The notes: generated by a model not told the origin, from the letters alone. A stretch of 64,000 bases of DNA from Octopus vulgaris (GCA_951406725.2 OX597816.1:45694001-45758000), one strand, 5' to 3'; positions 1 through 13,137 are shown, counted from the first letter of the stretch. A program made the numbers and translations.

Positions 1-60
1 TATCGGTCTCTTTCAACCAAACTGCTAAGATATGGGGACACACACAAACACACATCATAT

Positions 61-432
61 TCTTTTATTCTTTTACTTGTTTCGGTCATTAGACAGCAGC
101 CATGCTGGAGCACCACCTTGAAGGGTTTTAGTTGAACAAATTGACCCCAAGACTTATTTCTTAAGCTTAGTACTTATTCTATTGGGCTTCTTTGCCAAAC
201 TACTAAATTACAAGGATGCAAACACACCAACACCGGTGGGGAGGGGGACACAAAGACACACACGCACACAACAGGCTTTTTTCAGTTTCTATCAACTAAA
301 TCCACTCACAAGTCCTTTGTTGGTTCAAAGGCTTATAGGAGAAGACACTTGCCCAAGGTGCCATGCAATGGAACAGAAACCAAAAACCATGTAGTTAGGA
401 AGCGAATTCTTATCAAATAGTCTTGAATATGC
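61..432 (-). mobile_element. tRNA-derived octopus-type SINE, family A (CpG-decayed copy)
   Basis: Same block order as the full copies at 31625-32034 and 56538-56978: ttttacttgtttc..gccatgctggagcacc..agtacttattctat..aaatccactcacaag..gaagacacttgcccaaggtgcc. Confidence 0.8.
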
Positions 433-1119
433 CTATAAAACATAGGGCACAAAAGCTGAAATTATTTTTGGTGGGAGAGAATGAGGTACGCAAATCAAGC
501 TCAATGTTTAATGTCTGCTTTATTTTATTAAACCTGGAAGAATGAAAGAGTAACAGAATTAGCTTCGGCAAGATTTGAAACATAGCTAAATTGTGCAAAG
601 AATTTAAACCATCATTCTATCATTTTTACATTCCCACGATTCACAGCCTGCAGGGATAATAATTAACACCATATCACAAAAAATAAATAAATAAATAAAT
701 AAATAAACTTATACACTCTCCATTTAATGTGGATTCACATTAAATGCTAAGATACCTAATATCTTAACGAGACATGAAGTGCTAGACTTTTGTAGAGATG
801 AGATGAGAAGTTGACACACGATGATGATGATGATGATGAATGAATGAAAGGAAAAACAAGATAAAAATACTAAGATAAAAAGAAAATGAAAAGCAAAAAA
901 AAAAAGAAAGAAAGAACAGAAAATGCAAAATTAATCAATAACAAAATGATAAATAATTGAATGGATGGAAATTAATGAAATTAAGTTAACGAGGCCAAAT
1001 AAATAATTGCTGATATAATTTACCGACTGGGAGCTGAAGACTTTGTTTCTTTACACCAGTTGCATAAAAATGAAGCTACTCATATAACTCCAACATTTAT
1101 ACAGTTGTAACAACAACAC

Positions 1120-1268
1120 TGGTGACACACAACTGTGTCATACAAAAGTAACATTACAATAGTGACAGACAACTGTAACACAAGAACAGTGACTGCCAAT
1201 TGTGACACAAGAACGGTGACAGACAATTGTGACACAAGAACGGTGACAGACAATTGTAACACAAGAAT
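1120..1268. repeat. 27-bp minisatellite, about 5 degenerate copies
   Basis: Unit acaagaacggtgacagacaattgtgac repeated; explains the 9-aa periodic ORF 1080..1262. Confidence 0.85.
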
Positions 1269-1345
1269 AATTTTGTATTGTTGGTGATCATTTCTTGTTA
1301 TGAACTAAAGGAACTTGATTAGAGATTGCTATTAGCTTCCTTACA

Positions 1346-1747
1346 TCTTTCTATATATATATAAAGCTGAAGTTGTCTGTGTATGGCAGGTTTGGTAGCC
1401 TTCAACTAACCCTATCTCCTCCGAGACCCTGCGGCGCAAGTTGACCAAAATTGAGAGTATGATAGAAGAAGGATTGTTCTTCCTTCTGTAGAAGAAATTC
1501 AAATCTGACCATGTTAACACCAAAAATTATTTACATCAAAAAGGTGCTTTTTTTTTTCTATGAAAATCCCTATTTTTTACGATTTTTTTTATGTTGTGTC
1601 ACCATTTCTCGGTGTATTTCAACCAGAAAAATGTTCAGTTAAAGAGAATAACAAGCTACATAATGCAAAATTTTTACATTTCTAAAATTCCAATTCTAAA
1701 AGGTTGTAAAGAAAAGAAGCCCGAGCAACGATGGGCTATAATGCTAG
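1346..1747 (+). mobile_element. Non-autonomous Helitron
   Basis: Starts TC after an A (a|TCtttctatatatatataaagctgaagttgtctgtg). Ends with hairpin AGCCC-gagcaacgat-GGGCT (1718-1737) then CTAG|t. A/T insertion site, no TSD. Confidence 0.8.
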
Positions 1748-1799
1748 TTATTTTATAAATGTACTCCCATTATTTTACTGCCCTAGTTGCAATACTAAG

Positions 1800-2372
1800 A
1801 GTTTCTCATTTGAGCACATGGAGGGTGATTTTGAGTAGCGGGGTTAACCAATTAAATTGACTCCATTACTTGACTGGTATTTTACCAATGCAAGAGACCT
1901 GAAATTTTGGGGGATGGGGGTTGGCTGATTACATTAACTCCAATGTGCAACTAGTACTTATTTCACTGACACTGAAAGAGATGAAACACAAAGTCAATCC
2001 CAGTTGAATTTGAACTCAGAATGTAAGGACAGCTGAAATGCTGATTAACATTTTTGACTGGCATGCTAACAGTTCTGCCAGCTTGCCAACTTATATAATA
2101 ATCATTTCTACACTAGACTAATGACTGAAATTTTGGAGAAAAGCATAGCTGATTACACCAACACCAATGCTCAACTAGTACTTTATTTTATCAAGCTCAA
2201 ATGGATGGAAGGCTAAGTCAACCTTAGCCTTTCAACGAATGCAGAACATAAAGCCAGAGAAATGCTACTTAGCAAAGCTGACCATGGCAGTGTTTGAACT
2301 CAAAATGTAAAGAATCAAAAGAAATGCCACTAAGCATTTTTCCAATGTGCCAACACTTTTGCCAGCTCACCA
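1800..2372 (-). mobile_element. Cluster of decayed SINE family C fragments
   Basis: Repeated gtacttatt..gaaag..aaagtcaa..tttgaactcagaa..aagcatt..gccagct blocks matching the intact copy at 27520-27756, with CpG to TpG/CpA changes. Confidence 0.7.
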
Positions 2373-3398
2373 ATAATTTTCTTATCATGCTTAGGAAGAC
2401 AGATGAAGAGGGCATTAAAAGGACAAACTACAAAAAGTATGAGACTTTACAATGAAAGTGAAACAAGAAGTAATGGCATACACAGCACAAAATACAGCAA
2501 TGTACAAAGAGAAGCACAGCCACTTAGAGGCCAACTGAGAAACCCTACTGGTTGTGGATTGCCTTAACTGCCCATGGTAAGTGCCCACTCCCACCTCTAT
2601 TCCCCAGTGTACAAGCACTTGCAGAGAATGGGTCCATTTACACACCACTCTTACCAATCTTTCGGCAAATTATCTGCAAACCAGTTCCTCCTCTCCACAA
2701 TCAGCTTCCCATCTAAAAGAAAACTTGAGAATGATGGAATGGCCAAAGAGGAAAGTGTCTATTCTTTCATTCATACCCACCACACAGCCATGCTTGTCAT
2801 AATCACCAGACAGAAGTTAACTACCCAACCCATCCTGAATGGCAGACACCTACACTTTTTGTTTAATTTAATACCACAGTCATCTGGACTTTGGGTTTGG
2901 TCTCTTTAGCATAGTCCAGTCTATTGCAAGCATTCAGAACTCAAGTCTCCAGTAGAGATTAGGCAAGTCAATATCTTGAAACCTGCTACAACCTTCAAGA
3001 ACAGCAACAAATCAGCTGCAATTTCTTCTCCCCCAAGCACTTTTCCTCCACCAGTCTTGGAGACCCTGCAAACAAACAGACATAGGTATCATAACTCTTC
3101 CACTTAGGTCTATCATGAACCCAGGGACTCATAGCTTAATTAGGTGTCCATGACATGTAAGTGGCCAAGATCACACCACACCACTTTCTGAAGAGGATGC
3201 CAGTCCACTCTACTGTTAACTCTCCACCTATTTCTGGAATTCATTTTCAAATGAGTGACAGACTGGAGCAACATGGAATTAAGTGTATTGCTCACAAGTA
3301 CAACATACCACAGGGTTCAGAAACTGAAACCACGATCTTACAGTTGTGAGTACAACACAATTATTAGGCCTTGCACCTTCACTGATTCTTCCTTTAGT

Positions 3399-3436
<38 letters not shown>

Positions 3437-4149
3437 CACGTGCATGTATATATACATATACACACATAATCATTGAATGTCCATTTTTCATGCTAACATG
3501 TGAAGAATGGTTTGACCAGAGCTAGTAAGAAGGAGAGATGCACCAGCTTCCAGTCTGATTAGGCTTGGTTTCTATGGCTGGATGCCCTTCCTAATGCCAG
3601 CCACTTTACATAGTGTGCTGGGTGCATTTTATATTACACCAGCATGGCTGCATTTATGTGGCACTATGCTTAGAAAAATTTTACAGGATTTTTACATCAA
3701 AGGGTAATGTAATAAATTCTATACAAGAGCAAGTATCGGGATGCTTGCACATGAGGTAGTTCACATTTGCCAAGTATAAATGAATAATTACCATTTAAAC
3801 TATATATGGCTTTGAAATGATGAACTAAAAATGAATGAAATGATAATCTAATAAGAACTTGAAATAGAGATTGTTCGTATCTAACTTAATGGACAGTTTT
3901 ACATTATACAATGCAGAGTTTGTAAAAGGAAATCATTAAATGGCCATAGCAAGGGATATCAAATTAAGACCTTGAAGAGACTGTACCATTTTAAAGTAGG
4001 GTTGCAATTGCAACGGCTACTAATCGGTGCAGTTGAAATGTGTTGGTCTTTGAAAGGCAATATATAATTATAGAAGTAAAGGTAATGCTATTGCTGTACT
4101 TCAGAGTAATCCTTATTTTTGATATTGTCAGTATATATATATTATTATT

Positions 4150-4280
4150 ATTATATGTAGAAAAATACAAACTGGGACAAGAACGCAAAACACTTAGAAG
4201 ACGATACAAAAACACGGACGGGACATTTGAAGCCCTCAATCTTCAGTCAAGAACCGGATCATCGTAGCAATTTCGGCATG
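4150..4280 (-). mobile_element. Short probable Penelope-like terminal fragment
   Basis: CpG-rich piece beside a TA/TTA tract. The minus strand has CGAAA and CTGAAGA motifs followed by a T-rich tail similar in style to 14968-15186. Confidence 0.4.
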
Positions 4281-4282
4281 CT

Positions 4283-4616
4283 TAGACCCACTCCGGTCAT
4301 GACAGACAATGGGATTGCACATAGAAAGTTACCCTCCCGGGTGCAAGTCCAGGCAAGGTTGTTTATAGAAGACCAACAGTCGCCCATGCATACCAGCCTC
4401 CCCTCTCCACGCAACCGGTGTTATCCAAAGGAAAAGCAAAAGGGCCAATACAGCTTGGCATTTGTGACATCGCAACTCATTTATACAGCTGAGTGAACTG
4501 GTGCAATGTGAAATAAAGTGTCTTGCTCAAGAACACAACACACAGCCCAGTCTGGGATTCGAACTCACAACCTCGCGATTGTAAGCTTGGCGCTCTAACC
4601 ACTGAGCCATGCGCCT
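4283..4616 (-). mobile_element. tRNA-headed CORE-like SINE, family E
   Basis: Minus strand starts aggcgcaTGGCTCAGTGGttagagcg...GAGTTCGAATCCc (A and B boxes), then ttgtgttcttgagcaagacacttt..cagctgtataaatgag. Second copy at 55560-55884. Confidence 0.85.
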
Positions 4617-4649
4617 ATGTATGCATGTACATACGTACAAATATATATT

Positions 4650-5010
4650 TTATTTTTTCTTTGTTTCAGTCATTAGATTGCAGCCATGCTGGGGTACCAC
4701 CCCAAAGAATTTTAGCTCAATGAATTGACCCTAGTACTTTATTGTTAAGTCCTTTGCCAAACCATTTAGTTACAGGGATGCAAATATACCAACACTGGTT
4801 GACAGGCAGTGGAAGAGGGGGAGACAAACACAAAAACAAAGATATATACATAGATATATAAACAAATCAGGCTTCTTTCAGTTTCCGTGCACCAAATCTG
4901 CTCACAAGGTTTTAGTTTAGTTAGCTCAAGGCTATAGTAGAATGCACTTGCTCAAGGTGCCATGCAGTGATATTGAACCTGTGGTTGGGGATAAAGCTTC
5001 TTACCACATA
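4650..5010 (-). mobile_element. SINE family A, decayed
   Basis: Same block order as other family A copies. Confidence 0.75.
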
Positions 5011-6387
5011 TATATGAAAAATTCTAATTGCTCACTGAGACTGGCTTTCCCTTTCATCAGCATTAACAAATTATATGTACCAGTGATACAATACAAATGA
5101 AGGGGGGAACAGGCATTTAGTTGGCTAGACAACAACAATATACTACCAGCCCGACAAATTCACACCCCTTGCACAGCAAACTGAAGCAGAAATTGCTTTC
5201 ATATGCAATAAAAATAAAACCTCATTATTTATTTATTTTATATATATGTGGCAAAATATATTAAAGATGCAAAACAAGAAAGAAAAAACCCATTAATGTT
5301 ATTTATTGTTTGCATTGTATTGCTGTTAGTGTTATTAAATTGAAATCAAAATAAATGCTCCAATACTATATAAATTGTACTTTAACGATGTGTTTTTGTA
5401 AGGTAATTAAATTTAAATTCAGAAAAGGAATTTATTGAATCACTTAGGAATATATTTCACGATTTATGCATAGATACATACATACATTCATGCTTGAGCA
5501 CACACACACACACATCCCTGTGTATATATGTGTGTAGGTGTGTATACATATATAAACACATATTCAAGCATATTTATATATGCATGTGCACATACATAAT
5601 GTATTTGCATATAGCTACAAATATACACACAGCACCAATAATTCATAATTATTCACATGTGCGAGTGGGTGTATATATATCATATCTATAAACATATATA
5701 CACACACAAATATATGCACATGTGAGTGTATGTATATACATAAATACATATATATATTTGTACACATACATACATACACATATATATATATACACACACA
5801 CATACATACATACATACATACACAAGATTTCTTGACAGCCTCTGCTGAAAACACATTTACACACATACAGCAAGGAAGAGAAAAATAATTATATCTAGTT
5901 TAATATCTGACTGTCCAGAGGCAAAATTGTTCTGAGTTTGTCTGTTGTACTCATGTATTATATATATATTTATATTTATGCATTTTTCTCCATTATTTAT
6001 ACAGATATTAGTTTATTTGTTTGTTTCTATAAAATTCTCTGCAAGATATTTGTACAAAGAATCACATCCCTTCCTCTGTAACACCTTGTGTGTGGAATAT
6101 GCAGTCTCCCTTTTCTTCTCTCCTTCCCTCTGTGTGTGTGTATGCGTGTGAGTCCTTTTCATTTCTCTATACATCTACCGCTCCGACATTGCTCTTCCAT
6201 CTCTCTCTCCAATACACATAAATATACAAATATATACGTAACATATTTGCAGACATATCTATAATATACACACATATACATACAAAAATACATCATTATC
6301 ATACACATACACACACGCACATATATATATATATATGCACACACACAAACACCCTGCAACATGCATACAGATATACAAAAACATATA

Positions 6388-6560
6388 TCATCATCATCAT
6401 CATCATTTAGCGTCTGCTTTCTATGCTGGCATGGGTTGGACGGTGCAACTGGGGTCTGGGAAGCCAGAAGGCTGCACCAGGCTCCAGTCTGATCTGGCAA
6501 TGTTTCTACGGCTGGATGCCCTTCCTAACGCCAACCACTCCATGAGTGTAGTGGATGCTA
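6388..6560 (-). mobile_element. SINE family B with (GAT)n tail, 3-prime part
   Basis: (tca)n..catgggttggacgg..ggatgcccttcctaacgccaaccact. Further copies near 3475, 10776, 13938, 29803, 39372, 48860 (plus strand) and 63450. Confidence 0.8.
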
Positions 6561-6784
6561 AAACATATTTTTACTTATATATCTATAATACACACATACA
6601 CGTATATACATTACACACACACATCATCATCGACATTATATGCATGTGTATATAAATAAACACACAAACACATACCCGTTAACATACATAGCCAATATTT
6701 ACTCACATATCTACAATATACACTTATACATGCATACATACACACACACACACATATCATCAGAGACATATATATTCTTTTTTT

Positions 6785-7565
6785 TTTTCTTCTTTTACTG
6801 GTTTCAGCCATTTCACTGCGGCCATGCTAGAGCGCCACTTTAAGCCAAACAAATTGACCCCAGTACTTATTCTATCAGTCTCTTTTGCCGAAATGCTAAG
6901 TTACAGGTACATAAATACACCAACATCAGTTTGTCAAGTGATGGTTGGGGGACTAACACACACATATATATATATGTGTGTATGTGTATATATATATATA
7001 TATATATGTGTGTGTATGTATATATATATAAATCCTTAAAAATGTTTTAGCCCGAGGGCCGCGGCCATGCTGGGGCACCACCGCTGAATGAGCTACACTA
7101 ATTTGTGAATCCACCTCTGATACGTGGCACTTGATCAACAAGGGAGTTCGATGCTGCTGCCCGCATCCGCGTCTCCTGTCGTGAGGTAGGTTCATCTGGG
7201 ACTCCCGACAAGAAGAGATCCAGTTTAGTTTTAAAGAAACCCACATCCACACCATGTAAGTCTCTCAGGCATTTAGGGAGGATGTTAAAGAGCTGTGGTC
7301 CCCTGAAACCCAAGCTGTTGCAGTATCTGGACCTGTATTTTGATGGTGATGTTGGAATCCTTGGCACCATGCAGTGGCGCCCCATTCTGCGACATACACA
7401 CACACGACAGGCTTCTTCCAGTTTTCCATCTACCAAATCCATTCACAAGGCTTTGGTTGACCTGAGGCTATACTAGAAGACACTTGCTCAAGGTACCATG
7501 TAGTGAGACTGAACCCAGATGCATGTTGTTGGGAAACAAGCTTCTTACAACACAGTCACGCCTGT
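6785..7565 (-). mobile_element. SINE family A split by a LINE fragment
   Basis: 3-prime half at 6785-6960 and 5-prime half at 7400-7565, separated at the internal CA/TA microsatellite. Confidence 0.75.
7030..7392 (-). mobile_element. 5-prime-truncated CR1/L2-group LINE: ORF2 C-terminus plus 3-prime UTR
   Basis: GPQLFNILPKCLRDL..FKTKLDLFLSGVPDEP..SNSL is a typical CR1-group ORF2 ending. Stop at 7098, followed by a short UTR. Confidence 0.75.
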
Positions 7566-7569
7566 GCTT

Positions 7570-7607
<38 letters not shown>

Positions 7608-7723
7608 GTGCACACACACGTGTTTCAGTTTTTCTACCTTGTATATCTATGTATCTATCTGTCTCACAGCTTATAACTTTTTCTTCATCCATTTTTCTAC
7701 TTCTACACTTCCTACCCACTCCC

Positions 7724-7780
<57 letters not shown>

Positions 7781-7889
7781 ACATATATTATACACAAATT
7801 TATATATACATATATATGCACAGACATACACAAATTTATACACACATAAATGTATTTGCATATATAAACAAACACACAAATAGATACAC

Positions 7890-8157
7890 ATGATGGATGG
7901 ATGGAGAGATAGACACACAGATAGATAGAGAGATAAATAAATGGACAGACAGACAGAGAGACAGACAGACAGAGACAGACAGACAGACAGACAGAGACAG
8001 ACAGACAGACAGACAGACGGACAGATAGACAGACGGACAGATAGACAGACAGACAGATAAATGGACAGACAGATAAATGGACAGACAGACAGACAGACAG
8101 ATAGATAGATAGATAAAGTAGACAGATAGATAGATAGAGACAGACAGACAGACAGAT
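7890..8157. repeat. Compound (GATG)/(ACAG)n/(ATAG)n microsatellite
   Basis: Directly visible tetranucleotide runs. Confidence 0.95.
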
Positions 8158-8362
8158 ATGTACGTCTATGTGCCAGTGTGTAACGCTACATCACAACTGC
8201 CACAATACCCACCCATCAACTCCCTCAATATTCTCCTTCCTCATCTCCCACCCTACAAACAACCAAATATGCTTCTTTTTATTTATTTATTATTCACTGG
8301 TTTCATATTTTCTGCTGCATATCCTAAAAAATACAACTTATTATAATTTTTCTTTCTTTCTT

Positions 8363-8398
<36 letters not shown>

Positions 8399-8757
8399 TT
8401 TATTTTATTTTTCAATCATAAAAAAATGTCATTTTCTTTTATTTTCCTTTGTTATTTATTTATTTATTTTTTGGCTCTAACAACCACTTCTGCTTCATGT
8501 ACTTGTGTAAAGTCTTCAGAGAAGGGTGGTGGTGGTGGTGGTGCAACTGGGCTTGCCCATTTAGCATCTGGTGTGTGTGTGAGAGAGAGAGAGAGAGTGC
8601 TTGAATGTGTATGCATGTTTGTAATAGCCTGTATTAGTGTCACTGGGTAAGTGTGCATGTGTTAATGCATTTGCATATGTGTATTTACTTGTGTATGTAT
8701 CAGAGTGTGTGTGTGTGTGTATTATATATACATATATATACACACACACACACACAC

Positions 8758-8807
<50 letters not shown>

Positions 8808-8966
8808 ATGTATATATATATATATAAAAGTAATGAATATGTCTATGGATGAATGCATTAATTTGTGTGATAGTGTACATGTGTTAATGTGTGCATATTT
8901 TCATGCAAGTGTCAGTGTGTACAGATATATCTGTATGAGTGTGTTTATGTGTTAGCATGTGTGCAT

Positions 8967-9025
<59 letters not shown>

Positions 9026-9837
9026 TATAGATACATACACACACACATTACTATGTATAAATATTAATATATTAAATGTGTGCGTGTGTGCATGCATGAG
9101 TGCTTTGTCCATGTCATGTCTGTGTGTCTGTAGCACTACACAGAGAGAGTACAGCACTTACAGGGGATGCTATTAATAATTGAGTGGATGATTTCTTCAG
9201 CATCTTCCCAAAGCACTGCCAGATAAACAGACATAATCAAGGCTAATCTTTGAGCAGGGAGAAGGAAGAGAGATTACACAGAGACAGATGGAGAAAGTAC
9301 TAATTCCAAGTATGTATCTAAGTTACAGACCCCCCCGTGACCTTATGCGGAAATCACTGTAAGGAAATTACCGTTTTTATTTTTTTTTATTGCTGTGCTT
9401 TTGCTTTCTTTTGAGGTGTTTCATTATTTTTTTTTTTTTTAATTCCTTTGTCCGTTTCATACCTATTCCCTCGTTGTTCTTCTAACCCCTTTCACTTCTA
9501 CACATATTCAAGGAAATAAAAATTGCAAATCAATTTAGATGTAATGAGTATTGGTAGGGCATCAGACAAATGGCTGTCATCATCATCATCATCAACATCC
9601 ACTTAATGTGTGCAGTTTATTTGAAGAAAAGTTTCTATGGCTGGATGCCCTTCTTGTCGCCAATTCTCACCAATTTCCAAGCAAGGTAATATTTCCCTGT
9701 GACCAGAGAAATGTGAGAAATGCTCTCACAAGATATTGGAAATGACACAGCTTGTAAGACACTAACATTCATTTACTACTAAGACAAAGAAACACAACCA
9801 CTCACATAGCCACACACAGCTTTTACATATATATATA

Positions 9838-10698
9838 TTGGGTCATCCCATAAATGATGCAGTTTTCTTTCTTAATACTTCTTTCATTTTTCAAAATTAA
9901 GATAAAGTTCATTTTTCATCTAAAATATACTCTCCTTCATTTTCTACAATGCTCTTCCATCTATCTAGTACACTTGCAAGGACCCTCTTCCAAAATTCAC
10001 TTGTCCATGACACAAAATACTCCTCCAGTACTGTTCTGACCACGTCTACAGAATTCATATTTTTTCCCATCCAATTGATTTTGAAGACTGTGGAATAAAT
10101 GATAATTAGATGGGACAACGTCCAGCAAACATGGTGGATGGGGCATCGTTTCCCATTCAAACTGCTCCAGCCTTTGGAATGCCATCCTGGCTGTATGTGG
10201 CCAAGCATTATCCTGATGGAAGAACACCTTTCGTCTAGCACTGACTTGACTTACTGGTTGAATGACCAAATCCAAGCTTCTCTGCTAGTTCCTCCAGGAT
10301 TTGCAGGACATCCTCATCGAGCTCTACAAACCTTCCAAGATGAGGCTCGTCTCCTAGGTTGTAGTTTCTGGATCAGGATTTCTGAAGCCAACATTGACAC
10401 TGGCTTACACTTCTTACCCAATCCCCATATATTGCATAATATTCCTTGCACTTTCCATAACATTGTTGCCTAAATTGAACTCATAAAGCAAAACATGTTG
10501 AATATGCTCCTTTGCCACTTCTATTATAACTTTGAAAAAATAACTGCTAAAATCAAACTGCACTCTTCAAAACTAGCACTAAGAATATGAACAAGGCAAA
10601 ATCACTACATGTTTTTATAGCAAGTAGTTTATCTCGCCCCCCTCCCACTTTTAGTTCATGCAATTGGAAACCATCGTATTATTTATGGGATGACCCTA
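9838..10698 (-). mobile_element. Internally deleted mariner (DD34D) transposon
   Basis: TIRs ttgggtcatcccataaat / atttatgggatgacccta flanked by TA. Transposase remnants FFHQDNAWPH..HPPCLLDVVPSNYHLF (degenerate HDNARPH and YSPDLAPSDYHLF) and N-terminal LLYEFNLG. Confidence 0.92.
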
Positions 10699-10775
10699 TA
10701 CACACACGCGCACACACACACACACACAAAAGTGGGGTTGTTTGTTATCACTGATCAGCGGGCAACATATATATA

Positions 10776-11018
10776 TCATCATCATCATCATCATCGTTTA
10801 ACGTCCGTTTTCCGCGCTAGCACGAGTTGGACGGTTTTGACCGGGGTCTGAGGAGCTCGGGACTGCCCCAGGCTCCAGTCTAGTCTGGCAGTGTTTCTAC
10901 AGCTGGATGCCCTTCCTAACGCCAACCACTCCGCGAGTGTAGTGGGTGTTTTTTACGTGCCACCTGCACAGGTGCCAGAGGGGTCTGGCATCGGCCACGT
11001 TCGGATGGTGCTTTTTAT
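10776..11018 (-). mobile_element. SINE family B, truncated at the satellite array
   Basis: tcatcatcgtttaacgtccg..ggatgcccttcctaacgccaaccactcc..cggatggtgcttttta, then an abrupt poly-G junction. Confidence 0.85.
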
Positions 11019-11959
11019 GGGGGGGGGGGGGGTGCAGAAATATAGGGAAGCACCAGTGGGAGGGGTGGTTCAGAGGACAGGTACTAGGCAAGTAGAACGT
11101 AGGATATCGAGAGAGGGGTAATGCATGGTGAAATAGCGTATTGAAGAGGGGGTTCAAAGAGTAGACACCTATAATGGTGGTGGGGGGTGCAGAAATATAG
11201 GGGAGCACCAGTGGGAGGGGTGGTTCAGAGGACAGGTTCTAGGCAAGTAGAACGTAGGATATCGAGAGAGGGGTAATGCATGGTGAAATAGCGTATTGAA
11301 GAGGGGTGTTCAAAGAGTAGACACCTGTAATGGTGGTGGGGGGTGCAGAAATATAGGGGAGCACCAGTGGGAGGGGTGGTTCAGAGGACAGGTTCTAGGC
11401 AAGTAGAACGTAGGATATCGAGAGAGGGGTAATGCATGGTGAATAGCGTATTGAAGAGGGGGGTTCAAAGAGTAGACACCTATAATGGTGGGGGGGGCAG
11501 AAATATAGGGGAGCACCAGTGGGAGGGGTGGTTCAGAGGACAGGTTCTAGGCAAGTAGAACGTAGGATATCGAGAGAGGGGTAATGCATGGTGAAATAGC
11601 GTATTGAAGAGGGGGTTGAAAGAGTAGACACCTATAATGGTGGTGGGGGAGTGCAGAAATATAGGGGAGCACCAGTGGGAGGGGTGGTTCAGAGGACAGG
11701 TTCTAGGTAAGTAGAACGTAGGATATCGAGAGAGGGGTAATGCATGGTGAAATAGCGTATTGAAGAGGGGGTTCAAAGAGTAGACACCTATAATGGTGGT
11801 GGGGGGTGCAGAAATATAGGGGAGCACCAGTGGGAGGGGTGGTTCAGAGGACAGGTTCTAGGCAAGTAGAACGTAGGATATCGAGAGAGGGGTAATGCAT
11901 GGTGAAATAGCGTATTGAAGAGGGGGGTTCAAAGAGTAGACACCTATAATGGTGGTGGG
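11019..11959. repeat. 155-bp tandem repeat, 6 near-identical copies
   Basis: Marker tgcagaaatataggg recurs at about 11033, 11188, 11344, 11496, 11652 and 11807; length varies mostly in G runs. Confidence 0.97.
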
Positions 11960-12035
11960 AGAAACGACATCCGGTATAGTTGGAGCAAAATAGAGATATC
12001 CGGTATTGGTGGTGGGGGTGGGCAGGGCGGGCGCG

Positions 12036-12909
12036 CCGCGAAGAATCGGCAGCCAATTTCTAATCAGCCCTGTAAGGGAGATAGATCTTAAATATCTATA
12101 ACGATAACTAGTGAATTATACAGAATATGCAAAAACGAGGCGAGGCTGAAATAGTAAACAGAGTGGCGACTAGGGGGATCAGAATAATAATAATTAATAA
12201 ATAATAATAATAAATAGAGATACGGATGAATTAAAGTTCAAAGATTTCTTATCTTGGGATCACTTCGTTTACGGACAGACTTGGCAAAAGGAATTCGGAA
12301 TCAAGAATGAGGCAGGTTACTAGCTTAAGTATGCAGTTACTAGCTTAAGTATGCATAGCCATGGCGAGGGGTAGGAAGAGAGGTGTCCAGACAGACGACA
12401 ATGTAAAAAGAGGGGGAGAGAAGGGAAGAGAAAAAAACCCCGCGAAGAATCGGCAGCCAATTTCTAATCAGCCCTGTAAGGGAGATAGATCTTAAATATC
12501 TATAACGATAACTAGTGAATTATACAGAATATGCAAAAACGAGGCGAGGCTGAAATAGTAAACAGAGTGGCGACTAGGGGGATCAGAATAATAATAATTA
12601 ATAAATAATAATAATAAATAGAGATACGGATGAATTAAAGTTCAAAGATTTCTTATCTTGGAATCACTTCGTTTACGGACAGACTTGGCAAAAGGAATTC
12701 GGAATCAAGAATGAGGCAGGTTACTAGCTTAAGTATGCAGTTACTAGCTTAAGTATGCATAGCCATGGCGAGGGGTAGGAAGAGAGGTGTCCAGACAGAC
12801 GACAATGTAAAAAGAGGGGGAGAGAAGGGAAGAGAAAAAAACCCCGCGAAGAATCGGCAGCCAATTTCTAATCAGCCCTGTAAGGGAGATAGATCTTAAA
12901 TATCTATAA

Positions 12910-12914
<5 letters not shown>
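12036..12914. repeat. 404-bp tandem repeat, 2.2 copies, ending in (TA)n
   Basis: ccgcgaagaatcggcagcc starts at 12036, 12440 and 12844. Copies are almost identical, each with an internal 20-bp duplication gttactagcttaagtatgca. Confidence 0.97.
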
Positions 12915-12965
<51 letters not shown>

Positions 12966-12985
12966 ATATATATATATATATATAT

Positions 12986-13090
12986 AGTTCAAGTTTACAG
13001 AAAATAAAAGATGATGACAGGTGTAGGAACAACAAGCAGGTGTATTAGTTTAATGCTCAGGAAATGTTTCAAGCCTACACTCTTCAACAT
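12986..13090 (-). mobile_element. Penelope-like terminal fragment, decayed, in (TA)n
   Basis: Minus strand ttgaagagtgtaggcttgaaacatt.ttcctgagc..aatac resembles 14968-15186. Confidence 0.5.
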
Positions 13091-13091
13091 A

Positions 13092-13137
<46 letters not shown>

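Noticed and set aside
2415-3100. Possible ancient L1/Tx1-like endonuclease remnant (VSAIQD on the minus strand)
   Set aside because: One weak motif amid stops; cannot support it without a profile search.
4540-4616. tRNA-like sequences here and at 20761, 56538 and 63092
   Set aside because: They have A/B boxes but no full acceptor stem, and run straight into SINE bodies.
8464-8560. Minus-strand Pro-rich reading (DAKWASPVAPPPPPPFSEDF) as the next FoxN exon
   Set aside because: The segment after the AG starts with A, giving TAA with the phase-2 donor; no donor seen; the prolines come from a (GGT)n run.
5494-9176. Many YIYI/CVCV/HTHT-rich ORFs here and throughout the window
   Set aside because: Translations of (TA)n, (CA)n and (GA)n microsatellites, which lack stop codons in most frames.
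11019-11959. CRISPR-like or protein-coding interpretation of the 155-bp array
   Set aside because: Whole units repeat with no unique spacers, G-run indels break the frames, and the context is eukaryotic.
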